Both the position numbers and the translations under genes were made by a program. Below the pieces are notes generated by a model. The model was given only the letters and a program-made list of their open reading frames with translations, did not search any database and was not told the origin of the DNA. Of a DNA stretch of 64,000 nt, positions 52,768 to 64,000 are shown one piece after another; within the stretch, counting starts at the first letter, position 1; every line of letters starts with the position of its first letter. Origin of the DNA: Camelus dromedarius (lineage: Eukaryota); assembly GCF_036321535.1 (NCBI RefSeq), contig NC_087438.1, forward strand, positions 4,466,001-4,530,000. The letters run 5' to 3'.

Positions 52768-55139
52768 ATCTTGTGGCTTCCTATGATAGAAGTCTCTAGC
52801 ACTTTACAAAGTGATCGTCTGAACAGCATGCTAACAGCCATCATAAACAGACGTGAATGCCAATGTTCCATTCACCCATCACCCAGGCTGATCAGTGCCC
52901 AGGAGGCTGGGCGCCAAGGATTAGCTGTGAGCACATCCTGGCCCTTGCGGCTTACATTGTACCCCTCCTGGACAGCGCTGCCCAAGACTCTGTCCGCTGA
53001 AGGCCACTTGATGACCTGATAGGGAACCTGGGACATGGTCAGGGCTCAAAGCACACTTATTAAACAAAAAACTGACTTCCACACTGCTTCTCACTTAATG
53101 AGAAGACCAAGGAAGAACAGCGCCAGGCTTCAGAAAAAGCCTGGACAGGACAACATGGGCCGAGATTCTGGATCCTGAGATAAGTGTCCTGTAGGGAGTT
53201 GGTGGCTTTCATGAGGACGAAGGGGACAACTGTGCCTGTTGCTGCTTCTGGCTGGAGGGCATTCAAATCCACCACCAAACCCAACTGAACTGTATATTTT
53301 CAGACCCATAACAGTCTTGGAACTAAGCAAGTTAGTGGGCGCACAAGGTGGCCTGTGGGTGTGTCCCCTGGGAACTCCTCTTTGCCAGAAGCAACTTCGA
53401 GAAGCTAACACCCTTCCCCAGGCCAGTTTGGGGCCCTCCACATCTGCCTCTTCGCTCTTATTTGACCTTATTCTCAAAGCACTGACTTAGCCCCAACTAG
53501 CACCACTGAAGATGAAATTTGGGGGTACCCGTGGGCTATGATGATGTCCAAGATTGCCAAGTAAGTCGTGACTTTAGAACCAGTAGCTCAAGTGTGATTC
53601 AAGGCTGGTTCCTCCAGCCTTCTTCTATGCCCCTGGGGAGGGCCCACTGTCTGTGTTTTCACATCTGAATACATGTACCCCCACCACTGGGGACCAGCTC
53701 TTCTCTAGGATTCAGCGTGAGACTCCAGTGCTGTCCGCCACCCCAGGCAGCAGCCGGCCCACGGGGCCACCGGTCTGCAGCTTCTCTTAGGGGGGCTGCT
53801 GCCCTAGCCTCTCCTGGTGGCCAGGGCAGCTCTCCCTCATGGTTCAGTATCCCTGGGGAAACAGGTGCATCCAGATGCCGAGCCCACAGGCCCTCACCCA
53901 GCCAGGGCTGTAAGGCACTGGCCGCCCATCCACAGATCCGCTTCCTTCTGAGCCGCCCCGCGGCATCTACAGGCTCCTGTGAGCCTCCCGCTTGCCCAAC
54001 CCTGCGCTCTCGCTGCCAAAATGACTCTGCCGTGGCCATCTTGCGGCTGGGACAGAGGCCAAAGCCCTGGCCCACAATATTCTCCTGGCTCATCTGCCCG
54101 TCTCCGCCCCAGAGGGCAGGTCTGTGAATTTCTCCTTCCCTCATCACTGTGCCCAGGGCTTCCCACTGTGTCCTCTCCTGCGAACTGGGCCTTCCTTCCA
54201 CCCTCAGACCTTGTAGTTAAGCCTCCATGCTGCTCAAGCTGCAGGACAGAACGAGGGACTGGTTTAGTGCGCAGGGGCTGAAGTCAGGCAGTCTTCCAGA
54301 AGCTCCAGGCTTCTCACAGTTGCCAGCTGCCTTATTTGTTTTAACCCCACACGATCTTTGCTCCGCTCTGACACACAGTCCCTGCCCCTGACGGACTCAG
54401 GGTCCCTTCAGCAACCCCCAGGGCTCGGTTCTCAGGCTTGTCCCGGCCTGACCTGGCAGCAGCTGGCGTTCTCTCTGCCAAAGGCTTTCCTCTCTCCCTT
54501 TTACCTGCTTCTCATCCGAACCCTCTGCCTCCCTGGCTTCTCCCTCCCATGACTGTGCACAGCCTCAGTCACACGCTACCTGCTGTCCGCTCAGTCCGCT
54601 GCTGTCTGTGGGAAAACAACCCGCTGGCTGTCCTGGCCAAAGCCGAAATTCAGCAAAGCAGAGAGCTTACTGAACCATGTCCTCGTCAAAGGACACTTCT
54701 CCAAGGCTAGGCTTCATTATGGCATCTCCCTTCTCAAACTCCTCCTATGATTTCCACCTCTGCTGCATCCAGAGGGTTTTCTGCCCTGGGTCCCAAGGCA
54801 CAGCAGTTTGAATCACCACAGATTCCATTCCTAGAAACGTCTGTTTAATTTGATAGGACTTTCTTGACATCACATCTTAGAGAATAGAAATGCCAAAGGG
54901 GCTTGTTATCCAGTGGGCCAGCTCACTGGGGAAGCCATCTCCGGTGGGCAGCCTCACTCCCCCCTGGCAAGCCCAGGGTCGAGGGCAGCTTCTGCAGATC
55001 AAGCCCACTTCTCATACACACTTGCAACCCATGAGATTTGCAGTTACTCTTGGGAGCTGGAGAAAAGACTTTCAGCTCTAAAACACTCATTTGAATCAAG
55101 CTTTCACAAAATTTAGAACCGAATCGATAGTTTTAAGTC

Positions 55140-56318
55140 AATACCATGATTGCAATAGCTTTGTAATATAGTTTAAAGTCAGGGAGCATGATGCCTCCAA
55201 CTTTGTTCTTTATCAAGATTTCTCTGGCTATTGGGAGTGCCGTACAAATTTTAAGGTTATTTGTTCAATTTCTGCAAAAAATGCTGTTGGAATTTTGATA
55301 GGGATTGCATTGAATCTGTAGATTGCTTTGGGGAGTATGGACATTTTAATATTGATTCTTCCAGTCCATGAGCACAAAATATCTTTCTATTTATTTGTGT
55401 CTTTCTCAATTTCTTTCACTAATGTTTCCTAGTATTCAATATACAAGTCTTTCACTTCCTTGGTTAAATTTATTTTTAGGTAGTCTATTCTTTTTGATGC
55501 AATTGTAAATCAGATTTTTTTCTTAATTTCTCTTCCTGATAGCTTATTAGTATATAGAAACAAAACAGATTTTTGTGTATTGATTTTGTATCCTTCAGCT
55601 TTACTGAATTTGTTTATTAATTCTAATAGTTTTTTGATGGAGTCTGAAGGCCTTCCTATACTTAATACCATGTCATCTGCAAATAATGACAGTTTTACTT
55701 CCTCCTTTCCAGTTTTGATGCCTTTTATTTCTTTTTCTTGCCAAATTGCTCTGGCTAAGACTTTGAATACTATGTTGAATAAAAGTGGCTAGAATGGTCA
55801 TTCTTGTCTTGTTCTTGATCTTAGAGGAAAAGATTCTCACCACTGAATATGATGCCAACTGTGGACTTGTCATATATGGCTTTTATTATGTTGAGGTATG
55901 TTCCCTCTATACATGCTTTGTTGAGAAAACTAAACTATGCTATTGAATGGAATGTTATATATGTATCGGTTAAGTCCATTTGACCTAATGTCTTATTTAA
56001 GGCCAATGTTTTATCATTGATTTTCTGTCTAGATAATCTATCCATTGATGTAAGTGGGGTATTAAAGTCATCTAATATTATTGTATTGCTGTTTATTTCA
56101 CCCTTTAGGTTCTATTAATATATGCTCCATATATTTAGGTGCTCCTACATTAAATGCATAAATATTTATAAATGTTATTATATCCTCTTGTTGGACTGAC
56201 CACTTTATCATTATGTAATACCCATCTTTTCTCTTATTACAGTCTTTGTTTGAAAGTCTATTTTGTCTGATAAAAATATAGCTACTCTGGTTTTCTTTTG
56301 GTTTCCATTTGCATGGGT
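55140..56318 (-). mobile_element. Older L1 ORF2 fragments
   Basis: Typical antisense L1 ORF2 text (GGAATTTTGATAGGGATTGCATTGAATCTGTAGATTGCTTTGGG; ACTATGTTGAATAAAAGTGG). Confidence 0.85.
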
Positions 56319-56332
56319 TATCTTGTGGTTTT

Positions 56333-57774
56333 TTATTTTATTTTATTTTATTTTAAATTTCTTATTGATTTATAATCATTTTACAATGTTGTGTCAAATT
56401 CCAGTATAGAGCACAATTTTTCAGTCATACATGAACATACATATATTCATTGAGACATTTTTTTCCTCTGTGAGCTACCATAAGATCTTGTGTATATTCC
56501 CCTGTGCTATACAGTATAATCTTGTTTATCTATTCTACAGTTTTGAAATCCTGTCTATCCCTTCCCACCCCCCACCCCTTTGGCAACCACAGTTTGTATT
56601 CTATGTCTATGAGTCTATTTTTGTTTTATATTTATGTTTTGTTTTTGTTTTTCTTTTTTTCTATTTTTTTTTTTTTTTTAGATTCCACATATGAGTGATC
56701 TCATATGGTATTTTTCTTTCTCTTTCTGGCTTACTTCACTTAGAATGACATTCTCCAGGAGCATCCATGTTGCTGCAAATGGTGTTATGTTGTCGGTTTT
56801 TATGGCTGAGTAGTATTCCATTGTATAAATATACCACCTCTTCTTTATCCAGTCATCTGTTGATGGACATTTAGGCTGTCTCCATCTCTTGGCTATTGTA
56901 AATAGTGCTGCTGTGAACATTGGGGTGCAGGTGTCTTTTTGAAGTAGGGTTCCTTCTGGATATATGCCCAGGAGCAGGATTCCTGGGTCATACGGTAAGT
57001 CTATTTCTAGTCTTTTGAGTAATCTCCATACTGTTTTCCACAGTGGCTTCACCAAACTGCATTCCCACCAGCAGTGTAGGAGGGTTCCCCTTTCTCCACA
57101 GCCTCTCCAGCATTTGTCATTTGTGGATTTTTGAATGATGGCCATTCTGACTGGTGTGAGGTGATACCTCATTGTAGTTTTGATTTGCATTTCTCTGATA
57201 ATTAGTGACATTGAACATTTTTTCATGTGCCTATTGATCATTTGTATGTCTTCCTTGGAGAATTGCTTGTTTAGGTCTTTTGCCCATTTTTGGATTGGGT
57301 TGTTTGTTCCTTATTAAGTCGTATGAGCTGCTTATATATTCTGGAGAGCAAACCTTTGTTGGTTTCATTTGCAAAAATTTTCTCCCTTTCCATAGGTTGT
57401 CTTTTTGTTTTACTTATGGTTTCCTTTTCTGTGCAGAAGCTTGTAAGTTTCATTAGGTGCCATTCGTTTGTTCTTGCTTTTATTTCTATTGCTTGAGTAG
57501 ACTTTTCTAGGAGGACATTTTTGAGATGTATGTCAGGTAATGTTTTGCCTATATTTTCTTCTAGGAGGTTTATTGTATATTGTCTTATGTTTAAGTCTTT
57601 GATCCATCTTGAGTTGATTTTTGTGTAGGGTGTAAGGGAGTGCTCTAGCTTCATTGCTTTACATGCTGCTGTCCAGTTTTCCCAACACCATTTGCTGAAG
57701 AGACTGTCTTTATTCCATTGTATATTCTTGCCTCCTTTGCCAAAGATGAGTTGACCAAAAGTTTGTGGGTTCAC
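56333..57774 (-). mobile_element. Young 5'-truncated L1, 1.4 kb, near-intact ORF2 C-terminus
   Basis: ORFs 57271-57774 and 56678-57241 encode the L1 ORF2 C-terminus ([28 protein letters not shown]); A-tail; TATCTTGTG(G)TTTTT flanks at 56319 and 57775. Confidence 0.92.
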
Positions 57775-57847
57775 TATCTTGTGTTTTTAAAGTGACATTT
57801 TTCTATATATAAGCACAAGCTTTAATAATTTTATAAAATGTATTATT

Positions 57848-57963
57848 GTAACAGCTTGGGTCTACAGTGGCTTCATGATCCATACCCCCTAGTGTTCACA
57901 ATCTCATGTGATCCCTTCCTGTATTAGAGTCTTCCAGAGAACCAGAACCAACGAATCCAATAG

Positions 57964-57999
<36 letters not shown>

Positions 58000-58890
58000 A
58001 CATATATACACACACACACACATATATATAAATTTATTATAAGGAATTGGGTCACACAATTATGGAGGCTAAGAAGTCCCACAACCTGCCATTGGCAACC
58101 TGGAAACTCAGGAAAACCTGGTATTTCCAGGTTGAGTCTGAAATCCTGAGAGCCAGGAGATCTGATAGTGTAAGTTCTAGTCCAACGGAGGAGAAGACCA
58201 ATGTATCAGCTCAAGAACAGTCAGGTAGTGGGGGTAAATTCCTTCCTATTCAGGCTTTTGTTCAATTCAGGCCTTCAACTAATTAGATGTGGCCCACCCA
58301 AACTGGGGAGGGTAATCTGCTTTACTCAGTCTACTGATTCAAATGCTATCTCACCTGGAAATGCCCTCACAGAATAATGGTTAATTAAACATCTGGGTGC
58401 TCCACATCCCAGTCAAGTTAACATATAAAATTAACTACCACACCTCTAATGGCAAAGGTATAGGAGGTATATGAATGAGTATGTGATTATAACACGTAAG
58501 ACAGTTAACACCCATCTTGTGAGATGCTCCCTTGATGAATTTGAAGAAGCCAGCTGCCATGATGGAAACTGGCCCTTGGAGAGGATCACATGGCATGGAG
58601 CTGACAATGGCCTTCAGCTGACTCACAGCAAGAAGCTGAAGCCCTCAGTCTGACAACTACAGGAACTGATTGCTGTCAACAACCACATGAGCTTAGAAGG
58701 AGATGCTTTCTCACTGGAGTCTCTGATGGGACCCCCGCCCACCTGACAGCTCGACTGCAGCCTGATGAGACCCTGTGCAAAGGTCTCAGTAAGCTGTGCC
58801 CAGAGCCCCAACCCTCAGAAACTCTGAGATCGTAAGTGCGAAGTTCTACACCTCTAAGTTTGTGGCAGTATTGATATGTAGCAGCAGACG
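57848..58890 (+). mobile_element. MaLR LTR (MLT1-type) split by a nested MLT2
   Basis: MLT1-like text on both sides of 57920-58442 (GCCAGCTGCCATG...CAGCAAGAAGCTGAAGCCCTCAGTC...CAACAACCACATGAGCTT). Confidence 0.72.
57920..58442 (-). mobile_element. ERVL LTR (MLT2-like) containing a (TA)n(CA)n microsatellite
   Basis: TGTATTAGAGTCTTCCAGAGAACCAGAACC...ATAAAATTAACTACCACA termini; microsatellite at ~57966-58030. Confidence 0.82.
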
Positions 58891-61689
58891 TCTAGTAAAA
58901 TCATAGAAGTATGACAGCTGCTCTTTGTGAAGGTCGAAAGTGACTGGGAGATAGACAACTTTTCAGAGCAGCTAAGACAAATATACATGTGTCTTCTTAA
59001 CCTCATAGAAACCAGAGCATTTTGTAAGAGTGTCTTTTGTGTGTCTATTTGGTCTAACATCAAGTTTGGTCGCAATGTCCTTGCTTCTTTAAGTCATTTC
59101 AAAGCTCAACTCGTCACAAGAAAATAAATGGAACTGTTAAGTTGGTAAAATGGTTTTCTGAACTTCTAGGACCTTGTCCACAGAATGATGGAATCTAAGT
59201 TACACTATCAATCAACTATGAACCAGTTTAAAAACTGTTGAAAGCAGACCACTTTCCCAGGTTTTCTTTTTTTTTTAAATGACATTCTCCACTTTCCCCT
59301 GAAGAAAATGGAACTGGAAAGTCATATTTTTATTGCTGCTGACCAATGGACAATGTTCCCCCTCATTTGTAAAAACCTCATCTCTGTCAAATACAATACA
59401 AGTGAAATATTAGGTTGTTACTTCTTCAATTTCTGGGTCTCCAAAAGCATTCAGTTTTTACATAAATGAATATATGTCTAATGAAGCAGCATAAACATCC
59501 CTCGGCACTTAGCGCTCTACCTAAAGATCTGCTGGCAAGCGGACAGGTGTCTGTCTACGGGGCAGAATATGAAGGCTTAAACACTATTCACCTGCATTCA
59601 GGATGGATGGTGGGACTCTCTATCCCACCAGAAATGAAACAAGATGGGTTCACAGGGCTGGAGCATGGAGCATTGACGGGGTGGCAGGAGGGCTCAGCAT
59701 GAGGCTGAGGACTCGGAGTCTACACCATTTGTGCAGCTGGTCTCATGGTGAGTGTCCTTGCTACTCCAAATGGAAACGGGGAGGTGGTATCTCTCGAACA
59801 CTGTGCATATGCAGCCCTCCTGTTGAAGGGGAGACCTGTTCTTTGCCAGAGTACCTCCCTAACTTTACATTTCCTCTGGGAAGATGCTGGAAATCCAGCT
59901 GCTTTACGGATTACACTGGAAGAATGGGTTCCTCAATATTTATGAATGAGCCGGCTGAGAAAGAATGAATGAGATTGTTAACACTCTGTTTTGGAGGGCA
60001 TATTTGGAAAGTTTTATGTAATATCCAGAGCTGAGTGAAAACCATGGTAAATGAAGGGTCCTTGGGCTAAAGACAAAGCCCAGCGGTGCTGAAGACATTT
60101 TACTTCCCGTCTAGCTTCACAGAGTGCTGCCCGTCAGAGCTTGGCCAGGATGCAACAGGATGCAAGCTCACAGTAAGCTCCGCCAGTTTGGGTGCATTTA
60201 GGAAAGTCTGGCCTGGATTCCCGGGAACACTGACTTAGACATTCCAGAGAACTGACGGCTCATTATTCCCCAAAGCTTATGGAGGAAAAACCAAGCTGTG
60301 AGTCAGGGGCCTTTAGGAACCATGGTGCCCACACATTGATCATTGCAGGACCCACTGAGGATCTCAGACTGACAGCCACCAGGCATCCCCGCTTCACACA
60401 GTTAACCCCTCTCCAAGCCGGGGCCTGGACTGGCGGGATGGGGCCAGTTGTAAAAAGGCGCCCTCCCTCAGGACACTTCACGTCTACTCGTCGGAAAACT
60501 GTCAGCATGTCCTGATTGTTTTAGAACAAGGCACTTCCCTTTGCTGGAAAACCGTCCAGAAAATACAAACCTGCAGCGTCCGCCCCGTCTGACGGCGCCC
60601 CCTAGAGGTCGCGCCCTCCCCTCCCCACCAGCACCACAGACGCGGCTCCTGAACATCCCTCCTGGGGGCAGGGCTTCCTCTGTCCGCAGGGAAGCTTCCT
60701 TGTCCACGCTATCTAGCCCTCGCCTGGGGGCCGAGAGGCATGGCGAGGAGTCCAGAATCCCTTCTTGCAGACTCATCAAGAGCCCTTTGTTTCTTAGGTG
60801 AATAGCAAACAAATGGGTTATTATTCTGCATTTCTATGTATTTCATCAGTTAATTGGAGACACGGTTCTGCCTGACTAGGAAGGTTTTCAATCTTGGGCT
60901 CCTTGAGTTGGAAACCTTGGGGCACAGTCTTGAACCTTCAGGGACAGATTTCACTTCCAACACCTTCCCAATACTGAGTGGCGACGTGGGTCCTGAGAAT
61001 GCCCAATGCCCATATTTTACAGGCTTTTCTTTCTATGACAAGTAATAATCTAATTCAGAGTGAGAGATGTTATTCACAGAAACAAATAATAGCCTCTACT
61101 AAGAGTGTTCATCGTGTTGAGAATAACGCACTGGGAAGTGCAAGACTGCAGAGTGCACGCCCAGGATGGCGGGGGTGGGGGACAACTTTCCCTCTTGAAT
61201 AAATGAAAAGGAACACAATATTACTTCCATTTTTATTAGGAAATACATCCTGCAATAACTCCCTGTTCTTCTCTTTCTAGTAGAGAAGCCCTGTCTTTCT
61301 CAGACTCTCTCAGACGTGGAAGGGACAGACTCAACGTCCGCTCTTAGCTGGGTCTCCCTCGGTTTCGACATCCCCTTGGCCAGCCCTCATCCAGCCCTTG
61401 CCTGGAGCCGGGCAGAGCATCAGGCTCAGGTGCCACAGAGGTGAAAACAGGATGGTTTCTCAACCTTAAGGGACTCATTACCTGATGAGTCAATAAAATA
61501 ATTGTTAACACAACATGTTAAGTGTCTGATACAAATTATATTCTGGACTCGTGTAAAGGGAGGGGGAGATGCTTGGTTCTGCAAAGACATCAGGTGACCT
61601 TTCAGATTGGTCTTTGGGAGAAAAAATTCTGCTTATTATCAACCACTTAATTCTTTCCCTGTGGACCCAGGAGGATGGCATCACCAGCC

Positions 61690-63760
61690 CCATTTCTCCA
61701 AGTGGGACCCCGAAACTAATGCCTACTGGTGAAATGTAAGCCCGTGGGATGGATAACACTTCCAGGCTGGCCCGTGAAATATCTCACACACCCGATCCTC
61801 TCCCCTCTTCTTCGATGGCAAGTTTGAAGCCCTGTGTTGGACACGGCAGCATCCCAAGATGGAAGGAGCCAGGAGGGCCGAGTTACTGCCTTCAGGTAGG
61901 TGCCCTTCTAGGAGGAGTCCTGACTACAAAATACATATTGGATATCAGGTGAGGGAGAAACTGTTCCCTTGTTGAGCCACTGAAATTTGGGGTCACTTAC
62001 AACAACTAGCGTGGCTCAGTTAACACCAAGGAGATCGGTGCTCTGTAGTGAGCTGTTGTCGCAGCAAAAAGGATGTGGCTGTTCTCTGAGCAGTCAAGCA
62101 AGGGACGGTGAAGGAACCGCATGCTGGGTACATTACATAATAATAAGACATTTGACAAAATGGTCACCTGCAGAGACTTGGAAGTCAGAACCCCATCAGT
62201 GTCGGCTCTGGGGGGTGTCATTGGAAAATGGAATGTTAGAAATGTGTTTTAATTGGAATTGGCTCTGTTCTGGAAGGCAATACAAGAGAGAGCTGAGTTC
62301 AGTAAATAATTGGTTGTTTTGTCAACGGAAAATGAAAGGTGATATAGAGTCCAGAAATTCAAGAACTTGCAGGGCTGTGGAAGGTGACTTCTTCTAGTCC
62401 CCAAACAGTAAAATATGGGAATAAAATAATTTGAGCTGCTAGAGTGAAGGTGAACTTTCTGAGCGAAGTAACATGACTCAGGGCACAGGTGTAAGTCAGT
62501 GTGTGGACGTCCCCTTCAAGCCCGATGCCTCAAGGAGGCTGCTGTTATATTGAGAGAGAGAGGGAGAGAGAGTCACAGAAGAGAGGAGGCCAGAAAACAA
62601 AGGGGACTCCAGAACAATGGAACGATGTTTAGGAAAGGACTTTTGATGCAGTCACAGGTACATGGAATTGACTGGAGGCGAGTAGATCAGCAGTCACTAA
62701 GTTTTTGAGATGATTACACTGCCAAGAATACCGTGAGTCTGGGTCAAAGAGCTCTTTGATTACTTGGGGACTTGGAAACAGACTTTGAGCCCTCAGTCTT
62801 TGCTAAACAGGAATTGAGCTCCCAATGGAGAACACGCAACCTAAAGTCCACTCTTCTGTGGACGTGGTGAGAAAGACCAAGCAGGGGCGCCAGAGGGTGG
62901 ATGGAACCTGGGACGGTAACCATGGGGCCCTGGGGAGCAAACGCAGGGTCTGAGCAGAGTTTCCCAGCATCCGGGGCGGGGAAGCACCACCACGCCCGTC
63001 CTGCGGGACTAAAGTACAGCCATGGCTCAGTGACGGGTATGACTTCTCCTGTCCTACTTTTTTCCAAGTTCTCCCGTCCTGATCCAGCACTGTAGATTGG
63101 AAATCAGGGAGGTGGATGGCAGATAACTTACCCCTCAGATCACAGGGGGCCACATCAAAAGGAGCTTCTCCTGCTCTTCAGGAAGTGGCTCACACCCTTG
63201 AGAGAGCCTGGGCTCTGAATTGGATGCTGTAACTGGACGGGTGGGCGTCTGAGTTCTCTTTCTTGGGAAGGTGAGCAAGTTGTATTCTGTGAAAAGAAAA
63301 ATAAAGCAATTTGGTGACCAAAAGGGTGGTCAGCAGCAGAGATAATACTATCACCTTATTGAGTTGTTTTATATTCCTCCTGGGGTCCAGGAAACCACAT
63401 TTCCTTACTCTTTTGCCTATGGGTGTGATCATACAGTTAGTTTTGACCAATGCAATATGAGCAGAAGTGATGGGCGCCTGTATTGGCTTGTGCTGTTTAA
63501 AAAAACAAAACCAAAACAAAAACCTTCCATGTATACTTTTTCTTCCCTTCCGTGGTGATCTTAGAGGCTATTTGCTGAGAATGGCGGTATCTCAAGATGT
63601 TTTCACCCCTTGGAGGGGAGCTTCCCAGGAGAGCCATCTAACCAAGGACATCCCCAGGAGACCTTGAGTGAGTGAGAAACGACCAGTTACTGTGTTAAGT
63701 CCCCAAGACTTGGGGCTTGTTGTAGTTTCTAGCATTATTTGCTTGAATATTGTCTTGAAT
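61690..63760 (+). mobile_element. Ancient MaLR element: LTR - internal region - LTR (MLT1-type), approximate boundaries
   Basis: Two MLT1-like LTR 3' ends (...TTGAGCCACTGAAATTTGGGG ~61990; ...TTAAGTCCCCAAGACTTGGGGCTTGTTG ~63720) flank ~1.3 kb of MLT-internal-like sequence. Confidence 0.5.
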
Positions 63761-64000
63761 AATGGTTAGGAGTTCACATGGTAAATAAGGAAGGAAGGAA
63801 AAAAGTATTCCCAGGGCAGTGAGGACAGAGATGCTCGAGCATGTTCACTAGAGGGAATTCTAGATGGATGCTGAACTGGGTCAGCAGAAAGAGGATGGAA
63901 TGACAGCAGGAAAAAGCGATAAAGAGTCCATGTGTACAGATGGCAGTTTAAGATATTCTTCTGTCAGTGATATGGAAACAGGAATTTTAAATAACAGAAA

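Larger units (their letters stand above)
50378..53500 (-). pseudogene. Probable processed retrocopy of an unidentified mRNA 3'UTR (5' boundary undefined)
   Basis: Poly-T and CT-rich decayed tail (50378-50492) abuts unique UTR-like sequence; ATTAAA lies 14 nt from the tail once the nested L1 is removed. Confidence 0.55.

Noticed and set aside
53659..54201. 180-aa minus-strand ORF as the CDS of the retrocopy
   Set aside because: No recognisable homology, GC-rich, and part of it resembles an old L2 fragment.
56678..57774. 187-aa and 167-aa ORFs as a host gene
   Set aside because: They are L1 ORF2 C-terminal fragments, 5'-truncated and split by a frame disruption.

Overview
Mammalian genomic DNA, very probably camelid: it has Vic-1-like tRNA-derived SINEs and I recognised no Alu, Bov or PRE1 elements. 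The window holds the conserved head-to-head pair NSUN2 and SRD5A1. NSUN2 is on the minus strand, with coding exons 1-15 at 21494->637; the remaining 3' exons lie beyond the left edge. SRD5A1 is on the plus strand, with all 5 coding exons at 22108-41474 giving a 255-aa protein. The two share a CpG-island bidirectional promoter with 613 bp between the start codons. All exon boundaries were read by hand (GT-AG, phase-consistent). About 21 kb of repeat-rich intergenic DNA follows SRD5A1. I found no convincing new biological system. The best second-look items are: an out-of-frame upstream ATG overlapping SRD5A1; a rare GAG acceptor and SRD5A2-like residues in SRD5A1 exon 2; a 64-nt element duplicated in NSUN2 introns 8 and 9; a possible tandem donor in NSUN2 exon 1; three TSD-perfect solo LTRs just past SRD5A1; an unidentified polyadenylated retrocopy interrupted by two L1s; and a ~2.1-kb hAT (Cheshire/MER58-like) fossil. 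Repeat family names and comparisons with human sequences come from memory, not database searches.
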